Below are positions 49,142-61,349 of a stretch of DNA of 64,000 nucleotides, piece after piece. The stretch comes from Camelus ferus (Eukaryota): assembly GCF_009834535.1 (NCBI RefSeq), contig NC_045701.1:32798001-32862000 (forward strand), written 5' to 3'. The translations under genes and the position numbers were made by a program. The number at the start of each line of letters is the position of its first letter. Positions within the stretch are counted from its first letter, which is position 1. The notes below the pieces were generated by a model. The model did no database searches and was not told the DNA's origin. It saw nothing but the letters and a program-made list of their open reading frames with translations.

Positions 49142-49289
49142 CTTCCCAGGAAGGCTGCCCAGGTTGGAGCTGCTGGTGCTTCCTTGTTGCTCTCTTTTAG
49201 CCCCCAGGAGAGGAAGGAGGTACGAGTGGGCTCGGTGACCTGGTGTTCCCCTCTGGTTTTGTGGTGCTTCATCCGAGAAGGCTTTCTAT

Positions 49290-49400
49290 GAAAGCTGCCC
49301 CGCCCCCACTCCGTCTACCTGATGATGTTCTCTGGGTGATTGTGTGAGAAACGTGCAGTGACCACGTCAGTACCCACAGGTGATGACTCAGAGCAGACCA
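49290..49400 (-). promoter_or_regulatory. GZMB proximal promoter: AP-1 (TGACTCA 49384-49390), RUNX/CBF-like TGTGGG (49373-49378), CRE half-site TGACGT (49364-49369), GC box (~49297-49307)
   Basis: Motifs read directly. An AP-1/CBF/CRE cluster is the known architecture of human and mouse GZMB promoters. Confidence 0.7.
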
Positions 49401-51049
49401 CTTGTTCCAGCTCAGAGCAGGAACCCCAGAGTACACGGTGGGGACTGTAGGATGTGGTATCGACCAGCAGAGGTACTGGACCCCAGAAACCTGAGTCCTC
49501 AATGGTAGAACCACCAATGTCTCATTTCCATGCTGCTAAGTTCATCAGGATGATTTCTTTAGCAGATGTGTGCTTAGGCTCTTCTCTATGCTATGACCAA
49601 ACATACTGGAGATGTGTCTCCTCTCATTAGAGAGCTGACTGTCTGGTGGAGGAGAAATATCAGAGTGCAGCATGGGGAGGGCTGTGGTGGAGGGAGGCAC
49701 AAGACGTAACAGAGCATGGCCACCATCTGCTAAATCCATAGAATCACCCATTCATCATGTTAGCTTCATTTCTAGCAGATTTTTCACATCTTTTAAGTTA
49801 TAAATGATAGAGTCCATCTCTTTTGTCAATGTTTTTAACAAAAGTCCTGCCCTTGACATTTATTGGCCCTAAGTAATGAATCACTCTGACCCTAAAAATT
49901 CAATCTACTGATTGACTTGAGCCTAGATCATTCCTACTTTGGATAGGCTAGGGTCAGTCCCACCCAAACCACATGAGTTAAGATGGGGAAAGGGCTGGTT
50001 CACCAAAGGAAGTTCAGATTGAAAAATTGCCTGTACCATGTGAAGTGGGAAAGCATGCTGTGTGACCAAGGACCAATAATTATTCTTTTGATATTCTCTG
50101 TCCTCTGTCCAGAGAGCCAGACTTCTGCCCGGCCCGTTATGGGCTCACATACACTAAACAAATTCTCCTGATGATCTTGCTGTAATGGAAGTGAAGGACC
50201 AGTGTTTATAAACAGCCCAAGCCCACTTCTATTCAAGAACAATAAAGAACCTCTCAGGGGTTAGAGTCTGGTGATTTAAAGTTTCTGTCTTTACATTGTC
50301 TGTACTTTCACTTTTTCTATGAGGAATATTATGTATCAAAAGGCATAATTCCAGGGTCAGTATCCTCCTTAGCAAACCAAATGCATCTACCAAACCTCTA
50401 CTTTTTTGAACTTAGCTTGCCCAGTGGTAGAAATTTTAAAAATAAAGTTAGCTTTGTGATTTTAGTGGTAATATATGTGCATTTAGAAAATTTGGAAAGT
50501 AGAAAGGAAAAATATCACTCCTGTGTCCCATAGACAGACTGTCACCATAAACAGTACATTTTAAATACTTGGGATCATGTTATATATACAATGACATTTT
50601 CTTTTATCCTCATGTAACCCTGCAATTTAAGCATTTTCTCCTTGCTTTTAAGTATCTATTAGTCAACATCACCATAGCTCTCTTCCCTAGTTATTAAAAT
50701 TTTTAACATGTACTTAATTTCCAAAAATGTTGGAAATTTAAAAAAAAATTTAGGCAGAGACAATAATTAAAATTACCTAATTTTCTATCACTCATTGATA
50801 ATAATCTTTAATGTCATGAAGTAACATCTAACATATTTTTTCTCATGTATATGTGCATTTTTTAAAGTTACAAGGGGATTTTGCTAAATATAAGGCTGTG
50901 AGTCTTTATTAAAAACTGAGGAGAAATTCATACAACATACAATTAACTACTTTAAAGTTAGTGGCATTTAGTGCATCAAAATTTTGTGTAACTACCACCT
51001 GTCTCTAGTTTCAAAACTTTTTTAAAACCCCAGAAGAACATCCCATACA

Positions 51050-54000
51050 TGTGGGCTGACTATATGGTTGTGGTGTGTAATCCTTTTTTTGTGCTGTTGA
51101 ATTCAATTTGATAACATCTTATTGAGGATCTATTTTCATAAGGGATATTTGTCTCTAATTTTCTTTTCTTTTGGTATCTTTGTCTGGTTATGGTATCTGG
51201 GTAAAGCTGGCCTTATAGAATGTGTTAGGAAGTGTTTCCGCTCTTCAATTTTTTGGAACAAGTCTGGGTAAGATTAATGTTAATTATTCTTTAAATGTTT
51301 TGCAGACTTCACCAGTGTAGCCATCTGGTCCCGGGATTTTCTTTGTTAGGAGATTTTTGATTATTGATTCAATCTCTTTACTTGTTATAAGACTGGTTAG
51401 ATTTCATATTTCTTCTTGAGTCAATTTTGGTAATTTCTGTTTCTAGGAATGTGTCCATTTCATCTTGATGATCTAATTTGTTGGTGTACAAATGTTGATA
51501 GTATTCACTAATAATGCTTTTATTTTTTCTGAGTTTGGTAATAATGCCTCCTCTTTCATTTCTGATTTTTAGTAATATGTTTTCTTGCTTACTTGCTTGC
51601 TTTGTTGTTGTTGTTGCTCTAGCTAAAAGTTTGTCGATTTTGCTGATCCTTTCAATGAACCAACTTTCGGTTTTTTTGATTCTTTCTATTTTGATTGTTT
51701 TGCTCTAATCTTTACTATTTCCTTCCTTTTGCTGGCTTGGGTTGTTTGATCTATTTTTAGTGTCATTAGACTAAAGTTATGCTGTTGATTAGAAATCTTT
51801 TTTCTTCTTTAATATAATCATTTATAGCTATGTATTTTTCTCTGAGCGTTGCTTTTACTGCATCTTATAAATTTTAGTACTTTGTGTTTTCATTTTCGCT
51901 TGTCTCAAAGTACTTTCTAATTTCTCCTGTAATTTCTTCTTAGACTCACCTGTTAACTTAAGAGTGTGTTGTTTCCGAGGGGAGGGTATAGCTTAGTGGT
52001 TAGAGCCCATGCTTAGCATACAGGAGGTCCTGGGTTCAATCCTAGTATCTCCATTAAAATAACTAATTAAGTAAATAAACCTAATTACCCCCCCCCCCCC
52101 AAAAAAAGAGTGTGCTGTTTCCATGTGTTTCCATGTTTGTGATTTTTCCAGTTTTCCTTCCGTTATTGTTATTCTAGCTTCATTCCATTGTGGTTGAAGA
52201 ATATAATTTGTATTATTTCAGTCTTTTACAATGTAGTGATAGATGTTTTATGGCCTAACCTATGGTCTATTCTAGAGAATCCTTCATGTGCACTTGAGAA
52301 GAATATGTACCACACTGCTGTCAGTGTTTTGTGTATGTCTATTTGGTCTAACTGACTTATAGTGTTGTTTAAGTTCTCTATTTTCTTATTAATCTTCTGT
52401 CCATATGTTCTACTCACTATTGAAAGTGAGGTATTGAAGTCTCCAACTATTTTTATAAAATTGTCTATTTCTCTCCTCAATTTTCTCCATGTTTGCTTCA
52501 TATATTTTGGAGCTCTGATATTTGGTGTGTTTTATCTTCTTAATGAATTAACCTTTTATCAATATATAATATCCTCTGCCTCTTTTAACAATTTTTCACT
52601 TAAATTTTGTTGTATTTGGTATTAGTATAACTACTATAATTTCCTCTTGGTAACTATTTGCTTAGAATAACTTTTTTCATTGTTTCATTTTCAACCCTTT
52701 TTGTCTTTGGATCTAAAGGGAGTCTCTTGCAAGCTACAAGTTGGATCATATTTTTAAATTCATTCTTCCAATCTCTGTCTTTTAATTGGTTAGTTTAATC
52801 CACTTACAATTAAAGTGATTACTGGTAAAGAATGACTTACTTCTGCCATTTTACTATTTTTTAATACGTTTAAAATTTTTTTTTGTTTCTCAGTTTCTCC
52901 AGTTTTGCCTTCTTTTGTGTTTGATCACTTCCTTTTCTAGTGTGCTATTTTGAATCTCTCTATTTTCTTTTCTGTACATTTTAAAGTTACTTCCTTAATG
53001 GATACCATGGGGATTACAGTTAACACCCTAACTTTATACCAATCTCGTTTGAATAGATACTAATTTAGCTCAGTAACATATATTAACTTGGCTCCTATTC
53101 AGCTCCACCCCCATGTTGTTATTATCACAAATTACATCTTTATATATGTATGCCAATTAACATAGCTTATAATTATAGTTTTATACATTTTCTTTTAAAT
53201 CATACAAGAAAAAAAGTAAGTTGCAAGCTCCAAATACAATACTACTAGCTTTTATATTTATCTATGTAGTTATTTTTACCAGAGATCTTTTTTCCTTCAT
53301 TTGGCTTCAAGTTGCCATCTTGGTGTCCTTACATTTCAGACTAAAGGACTCCTTGTATTATTTCTGGTAGGGCAAGTCTCCTAATGATGATTTCCCTTAG
53401 TTTTTATTTAGATGGGAATATCTTTATTTTTCCATTTTTGAAGGGAAGTTTTGCCATATATAGAATTCTTGGTTGACATTTTTTTTTTTCTTCCAGCACT
53501 TGAAATATACCATCCCATTGCCTTGGGCCTCTATGGTTTCTGATGAGAAACTGACCATTAATCTTATTGAAAATCATTTGTCCATGGTGAGTCACTTCTC
53601 TCTTGCTGCTTTCTAGTTTTTTCTCTGTCTTTCATTAGTTTGATTGTAGTATGTCTCAGTGTGAATATCTTTGAGAGTGTCCTGCTTAGAGTTTGTTGAG
53701 CTCCTTCAATATGTGTATCTCTGTGTTTCATCATATTTGAGATATTTTTGGCCATTATTTCTTCAAGTATTTTTTCTGATCCTTCTTTCTTCTCCTTCTG
53801 GGATTCCCATAATGCGTATGTTGGTACTTTTGTTAGTGTCTCATAGGTCCCTTAGCTTCTGTTCATTTTTCTTCATTCTTTTTCCCTTTCTGTTCCTCAG
53901 AATGGGTTATTTTATTTTCCCTGCAAGTTCACTGATTCTTTCTTCTGCCTGGTTATATCTACTGTTGAAATTCTCTATTGAATTTTTCTTTTCAGTTATT

Positions 54001-54500
54001 GTTCTTTTCAGTTCCAGAATTATAATTTCTATCTCTTTATGGACATTCTCTACATTTTCATACATTGTTCCTGATTTTCTTTAGTTCCTTTCATGGTTTT
54101 CTTTAGCTGTTTGAGTATTTTTAAGATAAGACGATTTAAAATCCTTGTCTAATTTAAACAATGTCCAGGTTTCCTCAAAAAATTTTCTGTCTAGTTCTGT
54201 TTTCCTCTGTGAATGGACCCTACTATCTTGTTTCTTTGTATTTGAGTATTTTTGTTGAAAACTGGATATTTTGAATATAATATTGTTCTCTTGGAATTAC
54301 ACTGTCCCCATCCCACAGGGATTGCTTGTATTGTTTGTTGAGTGGTCCAGTCACCTATTTGTCTAGTGACTTTTCCAGAGTATTTTTGCAAGGACTGTAC
54401 TTCTTGTTTGTGTGGTCACTGAAGTCTCTGTTACCTTTTCTCTGTCTAGTTGTGGCTGGGAAGTCTGGCTCAATCTCTGTAAGTACAGAAACCAGAGAAA
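51050..54500 (-). mobile_element. Degraded LINE-1 (ORF1 and ORF2 remnants), ends approximate
   Basis: Minus-strand ORF fragments: IVGDFNTSLS..QKINKKIENLNNTISQLDQIDIHKTL (ORF2 endonuclease) and WDGIFQVLEEKKKCQPRILYMAKLPFKNG (ORF1p). Confidence 0.9.
51979..52107 (+). mobile_element. Camelid Vic-1-type tRNA-derived SINE inserted in the L1
   Basis: ggggagggtatagcttagtgg..ggtcctgggttcaatcc tRNA-like head (A and B boxes), AT-rich linker, C-run and A-tail. 17-bp TSD aagagtgtg(t/c)tgtttcc at 51960-51976 and 52106-52122. Confidence 0.85.
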
Positions 54501-55359
54501 TAGTTCAGAATATTGTTCATGGCTTTAGGTGCTATCTGAAGTCAGTCCCTTGACAAGATGAGGAATGACAGAATCAGTAGAGCATAGCTCTCTGGAGCCT
54601 TTATTTGCTCTATGTCTCAGGTGTGTGTGTATGTCATTCTGCTGTCTTGATGCTAGAGAATTTCAGGGTTTTGTATCCATCCCTGCCCAGGCTGACATCC
54701 CTCTGGACTGCCAGAGGTCCCTCAATTTCACTAACTAAACCCTTGCTTTAGTGTCTTTGGAAAGCGCCAGCTCCTCGTACAGGAAGGAGATGTAAGAGGA
54801 GGCCATGAACCCTTAGGATCTCAGGTTCTGCCCTTTCCTACCACCCTCCTTTCTGTCCCCCTCCCTATTTGGATTGGTTATTCAAGAGTTGGGCTGAGGT
54901 CCAGAACATAGCCATGCTGACATGATATGCTGGTAAGGCTGGAGAGGGAGGGGATGGGAAGCTCAGGGAGATTTTTCTTTCAACTTCAATGGCTAGTCAA
55001 AGGTCAAGGCCATGTAGCAAAGCCCTCCCAAATCCAGAGGTAGTAATACAAATTTAAGGCAGAGGAGAGCTTCCTGAGTGGAAAAGAGCATGATACAGGA
55101 ATCTTCCTAAGAAAGAATCCTCACCTGGAAAAAGCCTCAGTAGAGACACTAAGTTTCTTCCTAGATGTGACCAAAGGGAGCCAACTTGAAAGGCAGTGAA
55201 AACAAGCTGTGATTTGTAATTTTAAGAATCTGTGTCTAAGTAAAAATGAGTAATAATAAAAATATATCTGGAAAAGGAGATATGATTAATCAGTTCACTG
55301 AACCAATGAAAAAATAATATCCAACATCACAGTGCTGGTTAATATTTGTTGATAACTGA

Positions 55360-55505
55360 CCATAAATCCTCACTCTACCCTCTGAGCTAGCTACTGATAC
55401 TTCTTCCATTTCACACATGAGAAAGCTAAGACACTGAGAAGGAAAAGAATTTGTCCCACCTCATTCAGCTTTAAGAGTGGAGGGATCTCATTTCAGAGTC
55501 TGTGA
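55360..55505. mobile_element. MIR SINE relic
   Basis: catttcacacatgagaaagctaagacactgagaagg..aatttgtcc resembles the MIR core. Confidence 0.5.
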
Positions 55506-58009
55506 TCTTATCTGCGATTCTACAAATTTGACCATTTCCTGTACTGTTTTTTCCTATATTGTTCCGCCTCTATTCTGGGGGAAAAATTAAGGAGGTTCTG
55601 AATAATTAAAATTTCTGTCTGTATCTGTAACGTGTGACTCTGGTTCTCTTAGAAATGAAAGGTACCTCATGGCTACCATATTGTGATGGAAAAGGTCATT
55701 TGGATTACACATTCTCTTTGATTTTATCCTTTATAACCTGATGTTGTTCCCCAACATGCAAGATAGTGTCATGCCTGGCTTACAACAGGTAATTCCCTTG
55801 GGTCTTAACCTCGAATATCTAGTAACTATTGGAAGTGGGCACAGCTATTTCTTGTAGGCAAGGACAATGGCACAATGATGTGACATTGCCACACTCCCAC
55901 CTTCTCACACTCGTGAATGGCATTTGAGTCTGTTGCTATAAACTAATTTCCCTGAGCCTGATCATTCTCTTGTTATGCCTATAATCAGAACCCACAGACA
56001 TTAAGGGGTCAGAACCCGGCCCCAGCTGATTGACTGTGAGACTTAGCCGTGTTGTTGAGAAGAGATTCCTGCCTCCATTAGGAGTTATCTCTGCATTCTT
56101 TTTAGGAGGCTGGGATGATAGTCAGAACTTTTGGGGTGCTTTCGTGACATCAAAAACAGTTTTGAGGGAGAGACTTGTCAGTGAAGGAGAACTTAGGTCA
56201 TGGGATGGAGTGGGGAAGAGGCTGCTTCCATCATGTCTCTGTAGTAGTAATGCTGGAATGATAGGGCAGGGACATGGAGAGAATTTGTCTGTAGGACATA
56301 TATACACCTATGAGTTTTCCAGAGTTTTGGTAAACATAGAACACCCTTTAGTTTTCCCATGTTGCCTACTCTAATCATTGCTCAGCCAAAGAAGAGGAAG
56401 TTCTGGATGTTGGATTGGGGATAATTCAGTAAAACTCTCAAGTGGGTAGATATCTGGGGCGAAGAGTAGAGAGAAGAATACAGAGGAAGGGGGAGGAGAA
56501 GTGCGCTTGAGTAAGAACAGTGTGCGTGCCTACCCCCAGTAAACTGAGGGCAAGTATGAAACTACAGAACCTGAAAAATCAGTTGGTGTTGACTGCACTT
56601 CTGGGTGGGAGTTGGTTAGAAGGGAGTGATATTCTGGGTTGTGATGTTGCCTTTGATGTGACCTTGGATCACTTAAGACCCCCTACTAACCACCGTAGAA
56701 TCTTTATCTCCCTAAGATCTTTGCCCACTAAGGCCATTTCCTTTCCCCAAAGCATTTAGTTCCCACAAGGCCTAAAGTTCTCACCCTAACCTTCTGGAGT
56801 GGATGGGTTCTTTCTTTTCCCATCCCGCTCAGGGTCTAGTGCTGTGTGCTTTCTTAGCATGTCTGTACGGTGTACGGGATGTGGCAAATGGTTTGGTTTG
56901 GGGTAGGTAAGAGGGAGGCTGCTGAGTCATTTACAAGAATCTCCAGCATATGACTGCAAAACTGTTTGGTCTTTCTCTCTATCTCACAGTACAGGGCAGA
57001 TATAACAAAGCGTTACGTTTGGAAAATGTAATTCATACCTAAGAATTTTTGTGTCACTTCTTCTATCTGCCTTTCAGTCTTGGTATGCCACCTCCTAGTT
57101 GTAGACATGCCCCGCTATTATGGTCCTCTGTTTCTGACCAAGTACTGGGAAGCAACACTCGAAACATATATGTGAACAAAGCAGAAGATCTGGGCCACTG
57201 CAGCCAGCCCTTCAAAGTCTTCCCATGAGAAATCAGGTATTGCAGAAACCTATAGGGCTACTGAAAGCACTTTTACCAACGGAACAGGGCAGGATGATTT
57301 ACTGTGATCCCAATGACCGTGTTAGTCTGTGTTCTCTATAAGCATTCATTTGCCAGAACCTCCAGTATATTACCACAAAACTCTAAACATTTTTTACGAT
57401 CTCTTGTCTTGGGTTTCCAAACCTGGAAGACTGAGGATTGGTCTGTTGCTGGACCATGCTTGACTCACCAAGGCATCGAACTCCACCTTTGAGACTTTCC
57501 AGCCCCTTGGGCATCATATACTAAGACTTTGGCTGTGCAGCTATGAGCATCTTAAATATCTACACAAAAATACTCACAACTTGGTAACTTCTGAGGAGAT
57601 AATGTGGAACAGAATCAGTGGGATTAGCATTGGCCTATGTCCTGTGGTTTGACCCCTTTCTCTCAGAAATCTCGTCTCTTTGACAGACTTTCAGGGGCAG
57701 GCAGGTAAGGCTTTTTTTCTTGATCCCATAGAGGATATAACAGTTAAGAGGAAGAAAGCCTTGTCCTGAAAGGGTGTCCACCCTGGGCTCTGATGAGTGT
57801 CCAGAGGAGAGGGTTCTTCACTGATAAATTAACTCCCAGCTGATTCACGTAGGGGAAAATGGACTCAGCGAGGGGCACACATTGTAGCTATCTTCAAACA
57901 TTTTGAGGCTGTCATTTTAATTTTAATTTTATTTTATTTTAACACAAATACAGTATAGGGGAAATCTTGGAAGAGGGAAGGCAGAGGGCACTAATATTAA
58001 TCTATACCT

Positions 58010-58150
58010 TACTATTTTCCAAAGTGTATATAATTTGTGTATGTTATCTCACTGACTTTTCCACCTTCTGCATGGGCATTGTCATTAATCACATTTTAAA
58101 ATAAAACTGACTTGGAGATATTAAATGACATGCCCAAGGTCACATGATTA
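58010..58150. mobile_element. MIR SINE relic
   Basis: aataaaactgacttggagatattaaatgacatgcccaaggtcaca resembles the MIR core. Confidence 0.55.
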
Positions 58151-58162
58151 CCAAAAGTGTGT

Positions 58163-58199
58163 ACACACACATACGCACTCACACACACACACACACGCA

Positions 58200-58235
<36 letters not shown>
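58163..58235. repeat. Interrupted (CA)n microsatellite
   Basis: Read directly. Confidence 0.95.
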
Positions 58236-58237
<2 letters not shown>

Positions 58238-58498
58238 GATGCATGCCTGCCAAGCTGCAAACTTCCTTTATACCACTCTTGGAAGTGGTGGAAGCCACAG
58301 CAGGCAGGTTTCAGCTCAGCAAAGGAGAGTGTTCTGACTGAGCTCTCTTGGGATGGCTGCTTAGGTGCTTTCTCTGCAGGGAACTGTCCCAACAGAGCCC
58401 AGAAATACCTTAGTCAGGAGGACCGGGAGGTCATCATGGGCATGGGCATACAATCACTTTTAAGACCTTTTGCAGCTCTGAGCCTTTCTTGGTAGGAA

Positions 58499-59122
58499 TG
58501 TTGTCAGTGGATGTAGCTGGTGTCCAGGTTCTTGTCCCATCCGAGACAGAATTCAGAGACAAGACGCAGAGGTTAAGAAAGTAAAGTGAGGATTTATTAA
58601 GGGATAGATAGCACACTCTCCAGGGGAGAGCGGGCAGGCCCAGGTGAGCTTTCTTTAGCAACTTGGTTACATAGAGTGTAAAACTGAATTCACTGGGGAG
58701 GGAAGGGTTTGAAGTCGTATTCCCTGATTTTCATCCCAACTCCACCTTCCTGAAGGGAGGAGGGATTTTTGTCCTTGTTTAGTCTGGATCAGAAGTGTCA
58801 TGGCATCGGTGCAGGATGGGTACTTCTAATCTGCAAGGCTAATTTTATTATAATGAGGGCATAGTGAGCAAAATGTTACATTCAGACACTAGAGATTCCT
58901 GCCTTTTCCCACCTTTTTTTGGTTGGCCTCCAGGCTGCTCATCATGTGACCACTTATCAGCTCAAACGTTTCTGCTTTTCTTTCTCTGCCCAGGGACCCC
59001 TGGTGCTTACATGATGTATGGTTTCCTGCATTTGGCCTGTGCCCCTCTTTTCTGCCCAATTCCTGCCATTTGGCCCGTGTCCCCTTTCTCTGCTCATATC
59101 TAGCTATCTGCCTACTCTAACA
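58499..59122 (-). mobile_element. ERV1-class solo LTR with 4-bp TSD
   Basis: TG...CA ends (tgttgtca..ctctaaca) flanked by GGAA on both sides (58495-58498, 59123-59126). AATAAA on the minus strand. Confidence 0.8.
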
Positions 59123-59830
59123 GGAAGAGACATGACCTGGGGGTTAGGAGCTCTGGGATCCTGTTCAGTTATGTGACTCAATTGCCATTTTCTGGGTCTC
59201 ACTGTCTTTATCTCACAAAAGAGGACTGGGCTATGGTAGAGGCTTTTTAGCATTATTAACCATGGAAACTGTTCCTCAGATGGATTTTACACATACTGAG
59301 TTAGCTTTTTGAAATCATATAGCTGTATCTATATTTATACCCATGTATATAGATTCGTGTGTACATGTTGTTATATATATTTTTATATGGTTACATACAC
59401 ACATATATGTATGTGTCCATGTGTATTTGTGTGTGCTTGTGTGTATAGTTCTTGCATATTTTTGTTCATTTTCTTCATTTTCCCTTTCCGAGCATGATCC
59501 TGGTACATTTTAAAAAATTATTAATAAAGTACAATTCACGATATAAATGAATTAGATAAATTGCCACAAACTGAACATACCCATGCAGCCAGCACCCAGA
59601 TCAATAAAGCAAACATTACCAGCCCCCAAAAGTCCCTCCACTTTGTGCTCCATTCCAATCGCTCTCTCACAACCCAAAGCATTAACTTGTTTTCAAGCAA
59701 CGTAGATTAGCTTTGCCTATTTTTGTACTTTATGTAAGCGGAATCACCCAGTATGTATTCTTCTGTGTCTAATTTATTTCACCTACATTTTTGAAATTTA
59801 TCCATATTGTTGCATGTAGCTGTAGACATT

Positions 59831-60410
59831 TGTTATGGCCTGAAGGTTTCTGTCCCCCTAAAATTCATGTATTGAAGCCCTAACTCCCTGTGTGGCTGTA
59901 TTTGGAGACAGGGCCTCCAAAGAAGCAAATAAAGCTGAATAAGGTCATAAAGGGGGAGCCCAATCCAACGGGATTAGTGTGCTTAGAAGAAGAGACACTG
60001 GAAAACTTGCTCTCTCTGACCCCCTAACACACTCACCAAGGAAAGGCCATGTGGAGACAGAACAACTGCCCATGAGTCAGGCAGAGACCTCACCAGAAAC
60101 CAGATCAGCTGGAAGAGAAAATAATTTTCTCAGTTCTGTAGGCTACAGGTCCAGCATCGCAGCGCCAGCAGCACTGGTGCCTTCAGAGGCCTCTCTCCTC
60201 AGCTTATAGGTGACAGGCTTCTCCCTGTGCCTTCACAGGTTTTCCTTTTGTAGAGATCTATAACCAAATGTCCTCTTTTTATAAGGGCACCAGTCAGGCT
60301 AGATTGGGGCCCACCCTAATGATCTCACCTTAATCACCTCTCAAAAGGCTTTATCTCACTACAAAGCCGCATTCTGAGGTACTGGGGGTAAGGACTTCAA
60401 CACAGGAGTC
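59831..60410. mobile_element. ERVL-MaLR (MST/MLT1-like) LTR fragments
   Basis: tgttatggcctgaa..aaattcatgtattgaagccctaactccc..gtatttggagacagggcct is typical MaLR LTR text; a second, opposite-orientation piece follows at ~60130-60410. Confidence 0.6.
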
Positions 60411-61349
60411 CTGGGGTTGGGCGGGGCAGTGGTGGGGGTACACAATGACATAATGTAACATGTTACAGATGGAAATGGCCCAAAGATCAAGAGTACTTAT
60501 TTGTCCAATAATCCATCTGGTTTTTTACTGAAATGCTTCAAGTCTTTTTGAAAAAAAAAAGCAGGTGGTGGTGTTCTGATCTCAGATTAACAAAGATGAT
60601 CTTAAACATATGTTAAGTCAGCTTAATGATAACAGCTTTAACAAATAGACCCACAAAGGTACAGTTTCTCAAACACTGTAGAAGTTTATTTTTCACTTCT
60701 ATAACAGTTTAAGGAAGAGACACAGAACTGGCAGGGTGGCTCTCCTTTAAGCAGTCAATCTGAGGGCAGCCCTGCCATCTTCAAAACATGGCTTCCAAGA
60801 TCTCCTAGGGGTTTCCTAACCTAGTCAACTAGAAAAGAGCATGGAGGTGTGAGAGAGATTTTTGGGCCAACCCAAGAGCTGGCATGCATCGTGTACTCAC
60901 ATGCCATTGGGTAGAACTCAGTCACCCGGCCACATTAACAATACAAAGTATGAAATGTGGTCTAGCTGTGTGCCCTGGAAGGAAAAAAAATACATTTTTG
61001 ATAAACTGGTAGCAATCTGCCACAAGACTCAACATGTACTAACAATAAAAGATTGATAAATTCAACTAAATTAAGGTTAGGAAAAGATTAAAAAAAAAAT
61101 AGGAGGCACAGCTCATGAAGATGAAAAAATACACAGTTACATTAGTAATAAGAGGAATGAAAATTAAGCCAGGATTGGATATTATTTCACACCTTACAGA
61201 TTATCAAGTCTTTCAAAATCTGTCCATGCTAAGTACTGACAAAGATGTAAAGTGACAGGAACTCTCATCTATTGCTGTTGAGTGTGTACAATATTACATT
61301 TATTAGGGAAAAACAGTTTGGCCTTACTTCTTAAAGTTGAAATGTATGT

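Noticed and set aside
51979-52052. tRNA-Ala-like sequence as a tRNA gene
   Set aside because: It is followed by a SINE tail and flanked by a TSD inside an L1, so it is a SINE head
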